Shown here piece by piece: positions 11,750 through 25,670 of a stretch of DNA of 64,000 nt. Each line of letters starts with the position of its first letter. Within the stretch, counting starts at the first letter, position 1. Source of the stretch: Camelus ferus. Lineage: Eukaryota. The stretch lies in contig NC_045696.1 in the NCBI RefSeq assembly GCF_009834535.1, positions 47,556,001 to 47,620,000 of the forward strand, given 5' to 3'. Position numbers and translations under genes: made by a program. The notes under the pieces are model-generated. The model ran no database searches. It was not told the DNA's origin and saw nothing but the letters and a program-made list of their open reading frames with translations.

Positions 11750-14009
11750 GATTCCCACATGCCATGACGGAAGGCTAAGTCCTCACCACTAAGCACCCAA
11801 AAGGGGCTTTTTTCTCCTGGACCCCTTCAGGCTGTGTCCTCTACTCGTGGAGAAGTCCAAATACCAATTTTTTAACTGAAGGGAAATAGATCAGATAGCT
11901 GAATTCTGTACTCTATTTTAGAAAAACTGGTTGAAGTTTTTGGATGGCTATTCTCCAGGATTCCTTTTAACAGCATCATGTTCAGTATGAATCAAAACTG
12001 ATGAGCTTTTTTACAAAGATTTTGTCACATTCAATCTTAGGAAAGGTTGTTGAAGGGTTACAAGTGTAGGTAGGTCCCATCATCCCGTTTGAAAACGATA
12101 AAATATTCTCAGTTGAAACAGAAACAGCCTGGGTCATTCATTCTTAAGAATCATACAGGTCAAACCTTGCTCAGCCGAAAGCTCAACTGTATTAAAAAGG
12201 CGGCCAGCTCTGGGGAGCGGGTGACCTGCCCCCTGCCATTCTCCCACGTGGCTTGGCTGCCAGTAGCAGCATATTCAGCCCTTTGGAAAACACACCATTT
12301 CCTGCACTCTCTTTAAAATATTTAGGATGTCAAGTCCTATTCACAAAACAGGATGTGACATAAGTACACCTTTCCCTTGAAGATAAAGGGCTTTAGGCTT
12401 ATAGGTCTAAAGTGATAAGTGTTTGATTTGAGTCAAACTTAAGCTTTGGAGTCTAGTTCAACCGAGTTTATAACAAAAACAACTGAGGAACTATCTGCAG
12501 TTCTGGATGTAGAGCAAAGCCTGTTTGGCTGGTTAATGGCTTGGTTTTGGTTTTGGTTTTGGTTTTTTTTGAAGACAACTGCAGTCTCTCAGATACTGGA
12601 AGCCAGTGTGTAAATCTTATAGCATTGCCCTCATAATGTATCATACATTAAAATTTTCTACAATGTGGATAGTCAGAAATAAAGTGCGAAAATATTTAAA
12701 AATCATTTCACTACCTTTGGGTATTAGATTTTTGTTTCTTACAACAGGAATCTTTACTCTATCAATAATTTATGTGTTATAAGAGATAAGACTTCTGCTA
12801 ACAGATGAGAGTCTGGTTGAAGGCTCCTGAAGGAAGTTTTCTCCATCTTTTTTTCCTACTGCTCACAACCACTCCACCTTCTTAATTCCTAGTACAGCTA
12901 TGGCTGAGGTGAGGAAATACATTATTATAGAGTTGAAGTTTAAGATGATGTCAGGATATCATATCTCCAGATTTGGTGGGACACAACCACTATTTCTCAG
13001 AAACGGGACTGGCAGGTGTGGAGGATGTAAGCTGGGTGGAACGGTATCTAACCACGGGTGCATCTGCTCCGAGGTCTTACTCCTGCGTCTCCAGGGCTGA
13101 CCAAACAAGACAATCACTTCATGTGTGGTTATTGTGCATACTTACCAAAAAGTCACAAAAACATCCTCTCTGCGAAGACTGAGCTGGCTTGTTGGAAACT
13201 TGATACTCCAGTGCATCCGTTAAACTGTATATTTCATGATGACTCGTTTCACATTATGAGTCCCACTTCAGTGGTCACAGTTTTCAGTGCCACTTGCATG
13301 ATGAATGGCAATAGGCTAGATTAAGCAATGTTTTCCTTAGAATATTTGGTATTTTATAATGAGGCACAGTGGGTGGGTGGTCCTAACACCTTCCAATCCA
13401 GGCTCTGAAAGCTCTGGGCAAACCCCACCAGGAGATGAGCATAAATATTTTCATTGTGTGGTTTAAAAATGGACAACCTGGCTACAGCCAAAGTTCGATT
13501 ATGGATGAGGAAATCTTTCTACTTGGACAAATGCAACCTCTTTCAAAAACTCCTGCAAGCAAAACATTTCCTGTTTTCACTGCAGCATCCTGGTATGCAG
13601 TCAGCAAATTAATCCTTACAGTCCTCAGCCAACTCTTCTTTCCAATTATCGTTCTATCAAGATTCTGTAGAAATTTGCATTGGCAAAAACAACTCTGGCA
13701 AAGGTAATTTAATAGCTTGTGTTGGAGAGGGTTTTAAAGTAAACGCTTATTCTGTAAAACAGAAGAAAACAATTCTTGTCTTCAGTTAATCTATAAGTTT
13801 CAAGGATGGGAGGGGGAGATTGAAGAGCCACAGAGAAGGTGAGCCATCTGCAAATGTGACACGAAGCATGCAATAGAGAATGTCCAAGACTTTTCTCTGG
13901 GGTGACCCAAGGGAACACCGTTTATACTTGTGTGGTTGAATTACAGGAGCCCCCGTGGCACGTAGAACTGTCCGGAGAAGTCTGACACTTCTTGGCCTTG
14001 AGCCAGAGT

Positions 14010-14172
14010 GGAGTTCATAAACTCTGCATCAGAATCACGAGGGGACAATGAAATATGTGGCTTCCTAGACCTCCTCCCACCCCAACAAAGCATCAAAACT
14101 ACCTGGGATGGGGTTCAAGAGTTGGCATTTTAATAAATGAGTCTCATGTATCCTAAGATTTGGGAACCACAG
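14010..14172. mobile_element. MER5-type DNA transposon remnant
   Basis: tgcatcagaatcac...gcattttaataa...aagatttgggaaccac. Confidence 0.6.
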
Positions 14173-15269
14173 ACCTAAGCTGTCTCTCTAATCCAGGTCT
14201 CTGTAGGTGATATTAACATCCAACCATCTCTCCAAGTGGCTTTTGTGATTGTGGCTTACTCTCATTTGAATTTATATAACCTTATTAAGACTAATTAGGA
14301 AAATTATGACCCACATGGTTCAGTCTCAGAATAATGACACAGTCCTACGACTACAACCCAGCCATCAAAAATTAATTTCCAAGTAACAGCAAGGCTTTAC
14401 TTTCATTTCTGGAACAAACATGAGTTGCAAGAAATTTATGGGTTTCTTCACAACACCCCCTTCCTCTCCCGTCTGCTCCTCTGCACACACCCTGCTGCTC
14501 AGACTTCAGCAATCTCCACCGCCAAGCTCCATGAGAACGTTCCATTCTTTTATCCTGCCAATCCTCCTCATAATTCTGCCCCACAAAGTCCTTAAAAATG
14601 AATTTGGCAATGGCAGGATCCTCCTTTGAGGTTGGAGGGAGGAAAACAGGGCACAGAAAAAGCCAGTCCAATGAGCCTCAGGAGGAGGGTGTGGGAGCCT
14701 GTGTACAAAAATAATTTTAATCCCAACGCATTTATAGGTTTATGTATCATGTTCTTCGGATGGAGTAGATTATAGGGGAGAGATAAGTGGGGACCAAGAC
14801 ATGGAGGAATGACAGTTTCTCAGGCTCCTAAGGGAGTTTGGCCCCATTCATATGTTAAGTCATTTCATAGTTGGTGGTTCAAATGAGAAAGAAAAAATTT
14901 ACAGAGACTTCAATTTTACGCTTTCTCATGGTCTCTAAAATGTACAGTAACTAAGACATACTTTTTACAATTACAAAGCATAAGAAGATTTTTAAAAGCT
15001 AGTTCTTCCCTACTAAAGAGATGAAACTTGAGAAGTCTAATAAAAAAATAAGGGAAACGGTCATGTGCTTCTGCACAACAGAAAAGCCACAGGTGGAAAT
15101 TATGGTCTCCAAGTGATGCCATAAATCAGTTGATTTTAAAGATCTGATCAACTTGAAATGAAGTTAGAAAGTTAAACTCTAAAGCTGATATTCATATGAA
15201 AATTATTGTTTTATTATTACCAAGTATGACTATTAATATATGTATTTTTAAAATGGGGAAAAGCCCATG

Positions 15270-15460
15270 TCCCATTGTTCTGGTCACTTTCCATGCATTC
15301 TCTCTCGTTCTAACTACAGCCTTACAGGCTGCCTTATTACTCCTATTTTTACAGAAGAGAAAGCCGTTTTTCAGAGAGGTTAAATCAGCTAATTCAAGCA
15401 GCAAAACGGGGGTGTGGGTGGGTTCAGGACTGAAACCCAGTCAGCCTGTTTTAAGACTTT
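15270..15460 (-). mobile_element. MIR SINE
   Basis: cctatttttacagaagagaaagccg...cagagaggttaaatc matches the MIR core. Confidence 0.65.
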
Positions 15461-18160
15461 TTCTTCCTTCCACCCAACAGTGCCCTGAGTTCCTTACAAC
15501 TGAATTCTCTTTCTGGAAGAGGTGTCTGCAGGCTGACTAGATGGGACACATTCAAGGCAGCATGTTGCTGTGGATTTCTGCGAGTGAACTACCGGGTAAC
15601 ACATCGTGTAAGGCGGGGTAGGTAACTCGCTGTGTCTGAAGATGCCGCACGTGAAGCTCGTGTTTCCTTCATACCCAGGGCCGCCCAAGGTGAAGCTGGC
15701 CAGGTGCTCCCAGCGGCTCTGCATCCGGGAGGCTTACGAGCCCCCCAAGCCCATGCCCCGCTGCACCGCCCACCATACCATCCTGCTCAGCAGGACCTCT
15801 TGCCCTCCCCTGCTGTCATGTCTGATGAATATTCCTTCTTCTATCTGTTTTGGAATCCTGGGCCCCTGCCTCATGGTTTGGCCTCCAGCACCCCGTACAC
15901 AGCAGTGTCTCCCTGCTTACAGTTTCCCGTGGGAAACTTCCCCCGTGGCCCCTCCAGGATCGTTGATCAGCTGAACCAGCTATTGTGCCGGTGCTCCTTC
16001 AGCTGACCCTGTCCTCAGTCTCACCCATGCCTGTGGCTAGAAACCGAGAGCCTTCCTCCACTGTGCAGCCGGTCCTTCCTCGGCTCAGCGGTTCCCCTCT
16101 CCAGAGCCTCACCCCTGCGTTACAGCCCTGATTCCGCTCTTCTCCACACCCTATAAAGTCTTTGGCTAAAATCTCGCTGTAGAGATCACCTGACCTGCTC
16201 AATATGGCCCTGCCATCACTCTCCGTTTGCCTGAGTGACCTTGAGAAACAGATACTGGAATGTTCTCTCAGTATATGTCAGAGACATCTGCTTTGGTGTT
16301 TTGTCCCAATGATAGAACCACGAATTGATGAACCGGATAATCTCACTAGGGAAACTTGGCTTCATTTCATTGATATAAATCATAGAATTTCAGCTCTTGA
16401 GACAGTGCTTCATTCTGCAGATGAGAAAGGGACTGGATGAGTAATAAGTCATGATTGCAGTCATGACGCAGTGACGACTGTTGGTGTTGATGTGACACTT
16501 GCTATTCATACAGGGCCAGGCATCCTGCTTTACAGGTGAGCTCATTTAACCCCAACAAGGCCCTGCTTGGTGTTCACAAGAAGCACAGCACCTGGGTTCT
16601 GTAACACTAAGATCATGGAAATAAAAATCACTATGACAACTAGTTAGCCCCATTTATTCCAGTGGACCCTCTTATTCAGGAAAACAATCCCAATCCAACA
16701 AGAATCCAAACTTTAGCTCAGATTAAAACTGCTTCCTCCCACAGCGTTAACTTACAGCGACTTTTCACGGAATCACTCTCTGAAAAATTCATGAATCATC
16801 ACGGCCCCTAACCTGAAGACATTTAGATATTTTCACTCGTTTACATGCGACACTTTTCAGTGACATTTTTCCAGCTGTGGCAGGTCAGTAGCAACATAGG
16901 AATTGAAAGTTCTTGCCTGAAAATGGTTACTCAGATGGTCGGAAGCAAGGAAACCCAGAGAGTGAGGATAAACACGTTATGTGGTTGATCAACAGTTGTC
17001 AGGGACATGTAATTTGCATTTTAGGAACTGAAAGAAAGTAGGCAACGTAAGGGCTGTATTATATCAAATACATGTGAATACTTTTTAAATACTTCTGTGA
17101 ATTTTTTAAATCTGTAAGGGAAACGTGATGTTCAGCATTTAAGACCTAACCCATTTTCACCTACTGACACTTATATTAACAGCAAACATGGTTTCCTCAG
17201 CCGTGGAATTGCTGGAACGCCCTGAGGAGAGGCTGGCTGGCCTCTGTCAGATGAGAAATCTGCTGCTGGCTTGGTAAATTGGTTCTATAATGTGATCTTT
17301 ATGCATATCAGACACGGTTGTTTTTGACTTGGCCATGACTGTACAAAACTCAAGGGTTCCGGGACAGAGGGCATCTCATAATGTTTACCAAGCAAGCTCC
17401 TGGTTATTAGTAGGTTTCCTGGATACCAGGGAGCCCTGACCACCTGCCCCCAGAATGCAGCCAGCTTAGCGTGCCCGGCCCGCTGTGAGTTAGAAGCCAG
17501 TCTCATGTGCATCTGGGGAAGGCAGGATAGTTGTCCAAGTCTGCACACTTCGGAACGAGCTAGTTACAGAATACCCAGCAGGAACTAGAGCAATGGCAGC
17601 CTCTTGCAGGGAAATTCCTCAGGTAGCCAATGTGGGTTTCTTCTCATAAAGCACCTGTCTCCTTAAACCGATATTGCAGCAGATAAAATACAATCCAGTC
17701 TCACACCCTAATTCAGCCAGCCTGCCTCCTATGCTTACATTATTTCCCACAGAAGAGCCTGGATCCTCATTCTCTAATGACTGGGAGAGGTGCCCAGGGG
17801 ATGGGGACAATGGCAGGTGAGACAGTGGGATGTATGTACCTATATTCCTGGCTTCTGCACGGGGCTGGGGGTATTGTCGTTCTTTGACTATGACTAAAAG
17901 AACAGTCAGAGGAACTGCTTCTGAATGAATAGTTTGGGACAGAGAATCCCCTTTTCATACGCATCCATGGTTCACAGCTCCTTGGTGGTGGCAGAAATGA
18001 GCCTAGCACAGTTTTCTGCTATTTGGACCGTGGTCTTTCTAGGATAGCAGGCACTGGCTGCACATTTGAACCACCAGACAGCTTAAAACTAACATTGTTT
18101 TGATTCAGTTGGACTGAGGGGGAGGCCCAGGCACTGTATTTCTAATTCCCCAGGTGCTTT

Positions 18161-18777
18161 TGTTACAGAGCCAAACCTGGGTCTGCTCAGCTGCGTGCAG
18201 CAAGGCCAGTCTACGGATACTGGCTTGTGGTGAGGGAATGAAGTGCAGCCTTTCCTGCAGGGCCAAGCAGGCAGTGTGGGCAGCTAACGCAAGACCTAAA
18301 CTCTCAGCTGGCTTTCAGGGAAAGGTTTTTAAAGACAGGGTGAGGGAGACGGTTTCAGGGTGTATGACCAGGCTCGTGGACATTCTTTCTATTGGTTGGT
18401 GGTGAGGTAACTGGGAATCAACATTATCAACCTTCTGGTTCCAACCGATCTGGGATCTATGTGCTCGTGGTCAGCATGAAGTTAGCTTCCTCCACCTGGT
18501 GGGGGTTTCAGTATCTGCAAAACAGCTCAAAGCTATGGCTCGGAATATGATCAATAGCCCTTGAAAAGGTCCTGGACTTTGTTTAATGGCTAAATTATTT
18601 TTTTGTCTTGCTTGACTGTTTTCCTTTGTTTCTGCATTTTCTTACTTCTGATTAAATCTGCTCTTTGGAACTTGAGGAAGAAGCCTAGGAGGCTAAAGTT
18701 TTCTGGAAACAGGAGGCAGGCAGAGTACACGGGGTGGTCTGTCCCAGGAAGGCCCCATAGGGTCCTGCTCAGTTACA
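18161..18777 (-). mobile_element. ERV1-type solo LTR inserted into a MER5A-like element
   Basis: Begins TGTTAC and ends GTTACA, with an imperfect 4-bp TSD (cttt/cttc). The flanks 18040-18160 and 18778-18810 rejoin as MER5-like ...ccccaggtgcttctaacatgtagccagaattgagaaccac. Confidence 0.8.
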
Positions 18778-20479
18778 CTTCTAACATGTAGCCAGAATTG
18801 AGAACCACGATTCCAACAGATTTTGTTCACATATGAGTTATAAAAATTAAGTTTTAAACGAATGTCAGCAGGTACAGTTGACATCTTTAACAGGTAACAT
18901 TCTGAGGGGGCTTGACCAAAATTGATTGATGGTGTACATGAAAATGCTTTGTAAACTATACAGTGCTAACTAAGAATGTTTTTATTTTCAGCAACAAATG
19001 CTTCCTAAGAACACGTATGCTGGCAGTTCTGAAGTTAGTAGCCGTGGTCTTTACCCTTAAGAGCTTGCAGCCTAATGGTTTACAATCTAATAGATGGCCA
19101 TTTATCTCTAGTAATTGCAGTCACTTTGTAGGCCAGACAAGCCAGGCAGCCAGGGGGTTAATGATCAGCAGCAATTGTGACACAAGTTAAAAGCCAGGGT
19201 GCCTGCCAGTTTTTAAGGGCTCTCACACAAAGAGAAGCTGAGAAACCAGATAAGCAAAGGTCACTTCTGAATTTCAAGTAGATCTGGGGCTCCCTTTCAG
19301 GTGTCCTGGGTGAGATTAAGAAGACAGTCAAAACTCTAAAGATGATTCCCATGTAATTAATTTCATTCTGTGGCAACCATTGCCTGGGGCCAGCACTGCC
19401 CCCAAACAGCACGAGTGAATGTCTGATGCTCTCAGATCAATAAGAGACAAGAAACTGTGGGAAAGCAACCCCTGCACTTGTAGGCATATCTTTTCATTGG
19501 AAAATATAAATTTGAGCTTGATAACCAGTAGAGTTAATCTCTGTGGGGGCTGAGGTCAGAATTATCTGCGTTTTACAGATAAGCACCCCCTCCCTTTGTT
19601 GGGCTGTACTACACTTCCCCCCCTCCCCAAAGTTTTCTCTAGCATTTCACACGAGTTGTGATAATGTAGGCAGGATCACTTTTGCCTCAGTTTTGGAATT
19701 GCAGCTCAGGTATGCCCATCCCTTTTGTGCAGGTTGTCCATAACGCAAACAGAGAAACCTATGGGAGGGGCTCAAACTGCAATGTTAATTACAGTATAAT
19801 GAGCATTGGGTGCAGTTAAGCCAGGTTCTTCTCTATCGCACAGCTGCAGCACTTAATCCTAGCCGGCTTCTTTGCGGGCCCTCACTTAGAGAAAGTTTTT
19901 GGAGCCCCTTATCCTGAGCACAGGCGTATTGTTATTTTCTGGGTCGCTCCTTCCCCCCCTGCCTCTCCCCCTGCCTAGTACTCATTCCTATTTAACTATC
20001 TAACAATCCCACTCTTCCCGAGATGCTGCCTCCCCTGTTCCCGTGGTAGCCAGTGAGTCACATTACAAGAGAGTCACAGAAGGGCTCATTAAATAGCAAG
20101 GGCTTCTGATACTGTAGGGCTAAGACTTGATTTGTGAACGCTTATTTGGTAAGCCATCACACGTATGGTAGAAATCATTAAGCCCCACAACTTGCCCCTT
20201 TATCTTCACTTTTCTCTCTGTAAACAGGTTAGTCACCTATGCTTAAGAATTCCCCACCATTCCCTCATTCTTGATTTGCAGGATTTGTCTGAGACTGCTG
20301 ATTTAAATCTGAGAACTTGCATTGGCGGTTTTGTTTTATCCCAGTGTTCAGCTTTATCCTAGTGCTGACAACTGTTTTTCTGGCTTAAACCTTCACTTCT
20401 TTCATGGTTGTATTAACAAAGGAAGAACAGAACCAACCCTGTTGAAACAGCCTCCATCATTCTTTAGCCCATGCATTCT

Positions 20480-20960
20480 ATTACTTTAGCCCTGCACGTC
20501 GAGAGTTAGAGAAATGTTGCTGTGTTCAAATAAGTTAAGTTTCCTTTAGAAAGTTCCCATCCCGTGGTCCTGGGTTAGTTATGGCCGTTACTTGTAGGTA
20601 AATTCACTTTTAGCCTAGAACTCCTTAGAATAAGCAGAGAGAAGAGAGATTGAGTAAAAACTGCTAACAACTTGAATTTTTGCAGCTTTGTGATTCTGCC
20701 TACGTGAGCAAGAACAAAGAATGTGATGTTTCCTTGAAGGCCAGGTGGCTCCAAGAAGTCTGCAAGCCTGCCTTCACCCTTTCACTTCCCCCTTTTTCTT
20801 CAGCATAAGAGAAGCCTTAACTCCACCCCGAATTAAGACAGGACACCAGCCTGCCATCTTCTTGGTCTGCTAGCTTTCCAAATTAAGTTACTACTTCTCA
20901 CCCTAATGTCTTGTCTCTTGACTTATAGGCCTGTCTCATAGGTGAGCTTGGACTCTAAGT
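20480..20960 (+). mobile_element. Old ERV1-class LTR remnant (MER34/MER67-like)
   Basis: ccagcctgccatcttcttggtctgctagctttccaaattaag...gtcttgtctcttgacttataggcctgtc resembles the R/U5 region of such LTRs; boundaries approximate. Confidence 0.5.
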
Positions 20961-21199
20961 TTTGAGTTCAAAACCCATGAATTCAGAGAAATTATTTTAC
21001 CCTCCTTATAACACCTCAGTATCTTACAGGAGGCAAAGCTTCTGACAAGCCTCCTTCCATTTTCCCCCCACCATTCCCTTCCGTACCAGTAGTCAGGCAT
21101 CTATTACCCCATTCCTGCCCTCCTGCACGTAGGTATCTGACAAAAGACTACTCTTAGAGAACTTCAGATTCAGTTTGAGCTGATGATGGTGCTCTGTTT

Positions 21200-21555
21200 G
21201 GAGAGCACCTGCAACAGAACCAGATCTGTTTTGCCCTAAACACAGCAAGCCAGGATGCTGAGACGCCAGGATTTTGAGGCAGAGTAAGTTACTCGCAGCA
21301 AGAGAGACAAATAAAGAGACAGAAGGACAGAACAACTAAACTTCCCCCCACCGAAGGCCAGGGGCCCGGGTATTTATGGGATGAGGAATGAAGCAGCTGG
21401 GCTTTTGCGGCATGGGGGAGCGTGGGGAAAGGAGATTGGAAAAAGGTGCCCTAATCTTTGTTCTGCGCAGGCGTAATTGGGCTACAGACCCCCTACAGTT
21501 CAAAAGGTCACCCAGCACGCATGCCCAGTTGGAGGGTGGGTGCTCCTATCTGGCC
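21200..21555 (-). mobile_element. ERV1-class LTR fragment
   Basis: gcaagccaggatgctgagacgccagg...gggtatttatgggatg...tgcgcaggcg is an antisense LTR-like pattern. Confidence 0.5.
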
Positions 21556-21712
21556 TTTTTTTATTGGAGAGTCAGTTTACAATGTTGTGTCAATTTCTGT
21601 GAGAATGCTTCAGTCATACATGAACAGACATATATTTATTTTCATATTCTTTTTCACCATAAGTTACTGCAAGATATTGAATTTAGTTCCCTGTGCTATG
21701 GTCCTATCTAGT
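21555..21712 (-). mobile_element. Short L1 3' end, related to the 3'UTR of the L1 at 7081-9605
   Basis: tttacaatgttgtgtcaatttct...gttccctgtgctat is the reverse complement of the motifs at 9435-9590. Confidence 0.85.
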
Positions 21713-22254
21713 CTTAATCAGCTCAGCTTCAACTAGAGGCAGCTGACTCCAGCTCCTGGACAACAACTCTGGCAAACAGTTTATTGTTTAGGCCACGTGC
21801 TGCTTGGAGAACATGCAAGTCTTAAAACGACCTTGATTAGTGAAGGCGGGTGAAATGGATTTAACCCACAGTTTCACACCCAAATGCCTAGGTGTGGCCC
21901 CGAGGGCTGAACGCTTACCTTCACACCTGTTACAGCAGCAAGGCTGTGGACCAGGAGCCAGAGGTGCTGAGGGCTGGCCTTCTGCTCTGAGATTCTCCTG
22001 CATCTGGTGCTGTGAGCACCTCATTTCTCAGCCATGGTGTAAGAGTAAATGTAGTCCTGACAACAGACTGGTTATCTGTATGGAGCAAAAGATACAGTTG
22101 AGGTGCGTGGAGTGTGTGCTCCCTGGTTACACTCTATACTTCAGCAGTGACCCTCTGCCTTAGTTAGGTCCCCATTGACCCTTCTCTCTCCCACCTTGTA
22201 CTTTAATTTGAGCTGTTCTCTTAATTGAAATACTGAACTATTTTGTTAAAGGTG

Positions 22255-22495
22255 GCGTACCATAGCAGTTTAGACTGCAGCCCTTGGAGTCAGACTGCCG
22301 GCATTCCAATTCTGCTCTGTAGTTTTAAGCAAGTCACTTAATCTCTGTGCCTCAGTGGCCTCGTCTATAAAATGGGAATGATAAAAATCATATCTACTCT
22401 TATATTATTGTTGACGATTCTATAAGATAATAAGCAGAAAGTGCTTAACACAGTGACAGGCACAGAAATGTTCATTAAACATTAGCTTTTATTCA
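22255..22495 (+). mobile_element. MIR SINE
   Basis: ttggagtcagactgcc...gcaagtcacttaatctctgtgcctcagt...tataaaatggg...gtgcttaacacagtg. Confidence 0.8.
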
Positions 22496-23671
22496 TAATA
22501 GTTCAAGTTCTTCACTTTTTCAACACCTCAACATGCCTCAACTTCTCCAGAAAACCTTTTCTAACCAAATCTACAACTTAGTTTTCGTTGCATCTTTTGG
22601 CCCCAGTAAATGTACCCTTGAATAGCACTATACTCCTGCTATAGTTTTTGATGTTATACTTTATATATTTTATATATTTTCTTAAGGAATTTGATCTCAA
22701 CATAACTTTCATCAGCTAGACTGTAAACTCTTTGGGCGAACAGAAAATCATGTCTTCTACCTACCTACTCACCCCCATCCCCACACCTTTCCAAAATCTG
22801 AGTGTGGTTTTTCTGCTATTACCTGCCCTGCTGGGATGGGATTGAAGAATTCCCTAGTCCATCCATCCAGCTGGCCTGTCTAGGAACAGGCTGGACCATT
22901 AGTCACAATACTGGGCAGAATTTTAAAAGCAGCCCTGTAATACCCAAGACCCATCTGGAACCTTGAAACTAGAGAGTTAGTACAATGCTTTGCCCTCTCT
23001 CAATCTCTGATTCTTTATTTACTAACTTTAATTTTTTGAGGCTGCATTTGTCACCCCACTAGATTGTGAACTCCTTTGAGGACAGGTAGATAAAAATTCC
23101 ATAGACTGGGGAAGTGTGGACTAGGGAAGGAAAAGAGGGTTGCAGGACACTGGGGGAGGGGGAGGGAATGGGCCCTGCTCTGTGAGAGTCGAGAATAGTC
23201 AGAGGGTTGGGCAAGAGAAGCCACTGGCGATGGCAGAGGTAAGAGCAGAAGCACCTGTGATTGACTGGAGGAAGCTCACCAGGTTCCCCTGAATCTGGCG
23301 TAGCTTGGGAGGAAAGGCTGTAAGGAGTCTCCGGTCAGACAATCCTGAGCCAGCCTAAGAGACTTTCATACCTAAGAGTATAAACAGAGTGACCAGGAGG
23401 CCCCACCCTGCGGAGACAGCAGCATTCTGAGTGAAGCAGGAGATGAGGAGAGTGTCTCAGCACCTACTAGTGTGGACAGACGCTCCCCTGATCTCTTAAC
23501 AATACCTTGAGTTCTAGGTATCAACACCCACGTGGTTTATATGCAGCCCTGGAAAGTGGAGGGAGAAATCTCCTTGGTAAAATGGGGACTCAAAAAACAA
23601 ATTAATTTTATTATGGAAAACTAAAGTACATTTCTTAAATGCCTGAGTATGCAAGCTGAAATTCTTACCAG

Positions 23672-23672
<1 letters not shown>

Positions 23673-23702
<30 letters not shown>
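23673..23702. repeat. (CA)n microsatellite
   Basis: Directly visible. Confidence 0.95.
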
Positions 23703-23706
<4 letters not shown>

Positions 23707-23802
23707 CACTTTAAAACTCCCCCTGAGAGAATCATTCCGTTTGGGCACTAAGCTATAACTTGGAAGACACAGTGGCCCTCCTTAGTATAAATATGGGAGA
23801 AT

Positions 23803-23960
23803 GGGGTGGGTGTAGCTCAGTGGTAGAGCTCGTACTTAGCATGCAGGAGGTCCTGGGTTCAATCCCCAGTACCTCCATTAAATAAATAAATAAATAAATA
23901 AATAAGCCTAATTACCACCCCCAAAAAGCCCACAACAAATAAAAATTATAAATAAATAAA
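23803..23960 (+). mobile_element. tRNA-Ala-derived SINE (camelid Vic-1-like)
   Basis: ggtgtagctcagtggtagagc (A box), ttagcatg anticodon arm and gggttcaatcccc (B box), followed by a (TAAA)n tail. Confidence 0.88.
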
Positions 23961-25301
23961 TGGGGAAAAGGTGAAGGAGAGAGAGAGGAACGGAAAGGAA
24001 AGAAGTGCATATACAGAAGAGAGGGCCCTAGAGTTGTCACTGCCCTTGTTATTTTATTTAATGGTTCAGTAGACATTTGTTCAGCATCTACTTCATGCCG
24101 CCATGCTGGGTGTCTGGTCTGGGGAAGCGTGCGGGATTTGGCGGGGACGCTTCATCAGTTTTACTCCTCAAATTTCTGCACATTGTTCCCTGAGGAAGAA
24201 TTCATGCACCACTTGCATTTCAAAAGAGAAAGGACATGTGAAGAAGAGCAAACTAAAGGTGGAGTGTGCAGAAAGGGGTGCGGCTGGAGCATGAAGGGTA
24301 CGGGACGAACAGCAGTGCTAGGTGCTCCTTCGTCGCCAGGCTCTGCCCGGACTTCAGCAGAGCAGGAGTGAGCTCCACGTCATGCACTCTGTATGCACAG
24401 AACCCAGTGCAGCGGGTTCACGCCTAGCATAGGAAGAAGTTTCCAGGGAACTGGGCGTTTTGCATCTGTCTCCAGGTGAAGCGTGTGTAGGCTCAGGTGA
24501 GAATAGTGCAGCCCACGGCCATTTTCACTGCCTTTTAGGAACCAGTTGCCAGCAACAAGAGCTACACACTCACAGTGCTTCTTGCTTTTGGAGTATCTGT
24601 GCTGGCCCAGACCCAGCTCCAGCGCTCACCACTTTTCCTCAGCTTCTGCTCTGCAGTGAGTCATTAGGCAATGGCTCCCTTTCGCCAGCAAATCAGTGGC
24701 AGAAACGTGGGGGGAGGAGGTGGCCCTGGTCAGTCCCTGGAGCTCACCTAATGGCAAATCCCACCGTCCACCCTGGGTGGGTGTCGTACTGACCACGAGA
24801 ACCGCAAGCTTTGATCGTGTTGTACTTTGCACGGAGACTTCATGTTTTGAGGAGGTTACTCGCTACCAGGTTTAGACCCTCAGCTTCCAAGTCGGGAGGG
24901 TTTCCGTAGTGGAATGGACAATTCCTAGCTGCAGAAACGAAGAAATCTGTTCCCTGAACAGAGACGGACCTTACTTTTGAGGAGAGCAGTTTTCATCACT
25001 GACCTTACCTATGAAGTTTAGCTAATATCTTTTATCTTTATTTCTTTTTTGTGTTATAAAATTTTCAAAAATCAGTTTTTTACTTTTCATCATGTACATC
25101 ATTCATGCACATATCTAAAACGCAAAGTCTTATACTTTAAAACTGAACTTTTTGGGTTTTTTTTCTAACTTGTTACTTACATGCATGTAATTGAGCTGCT
25201 TATTCTGCTTTTGGCTTTATTTATCAGTTTTAGACTTTATCTGTTTACTTCCCGTAATAGCAAATGACAAGTATTTAACTCTGTGACCCTCGTACACATC
25301 C

Positions 25302-25670
25302 CAGTGGTGGGCTGGAGCTTATTCTGACTGCTGGTATGAGCTGATTGTTAAATTTTCAGAAATTTTGCAAGCCAAATATTAAATGATTGGTAGCTTGGTG
25401 GGTAGGGTATAGCTCAGTGGTAGAGTGCAGGTTTAGCATGCACAAGGTCCTGGGTTCAATCCCCAGTATCGCCATTAAAAAATAATAATAATAAGTAAAA
25501 ATTAAAAAAAAAGAATGGGTAAATACACTGAATCAGAAAAAAATTAAAAATAACTGGTAGCTTGAAATTGGCCACAGTGGGAGTATTTACACCATGGGAA
25601 TCAGCAAATGTTACCAGGGCTATTTTCCCCTCAGAAAACTAGTTGTTAAACATTTCCCAGCATGCCACTG
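25302..25670. mobile_element. MER63-like hAT DNA transposon interrupted by a SINE
   Basis: Terminal inverted repeats cagtggtgggctgg ... ccagcatgccactg; internal gtgggagtatttacacc. Confidence 0.75.
25397..25547 (+). mobile_element. tRNA-Ala-derived SINE (Vic-1-like)
   Basis: A/B boxes and A-rich tail; TSD aaatgattggtagctt (25381-25396) / aaataactggtagctt (25548-25563). Confidence 0.88.

Noticed and set aside
23803..23878. tRNA-Ala gene (also at 25397, 42003 and 45335)
   Set aside because: Stem mismatches, A-rich tails, TSDs on some copies and multiple diverged copies indicate SINEs.
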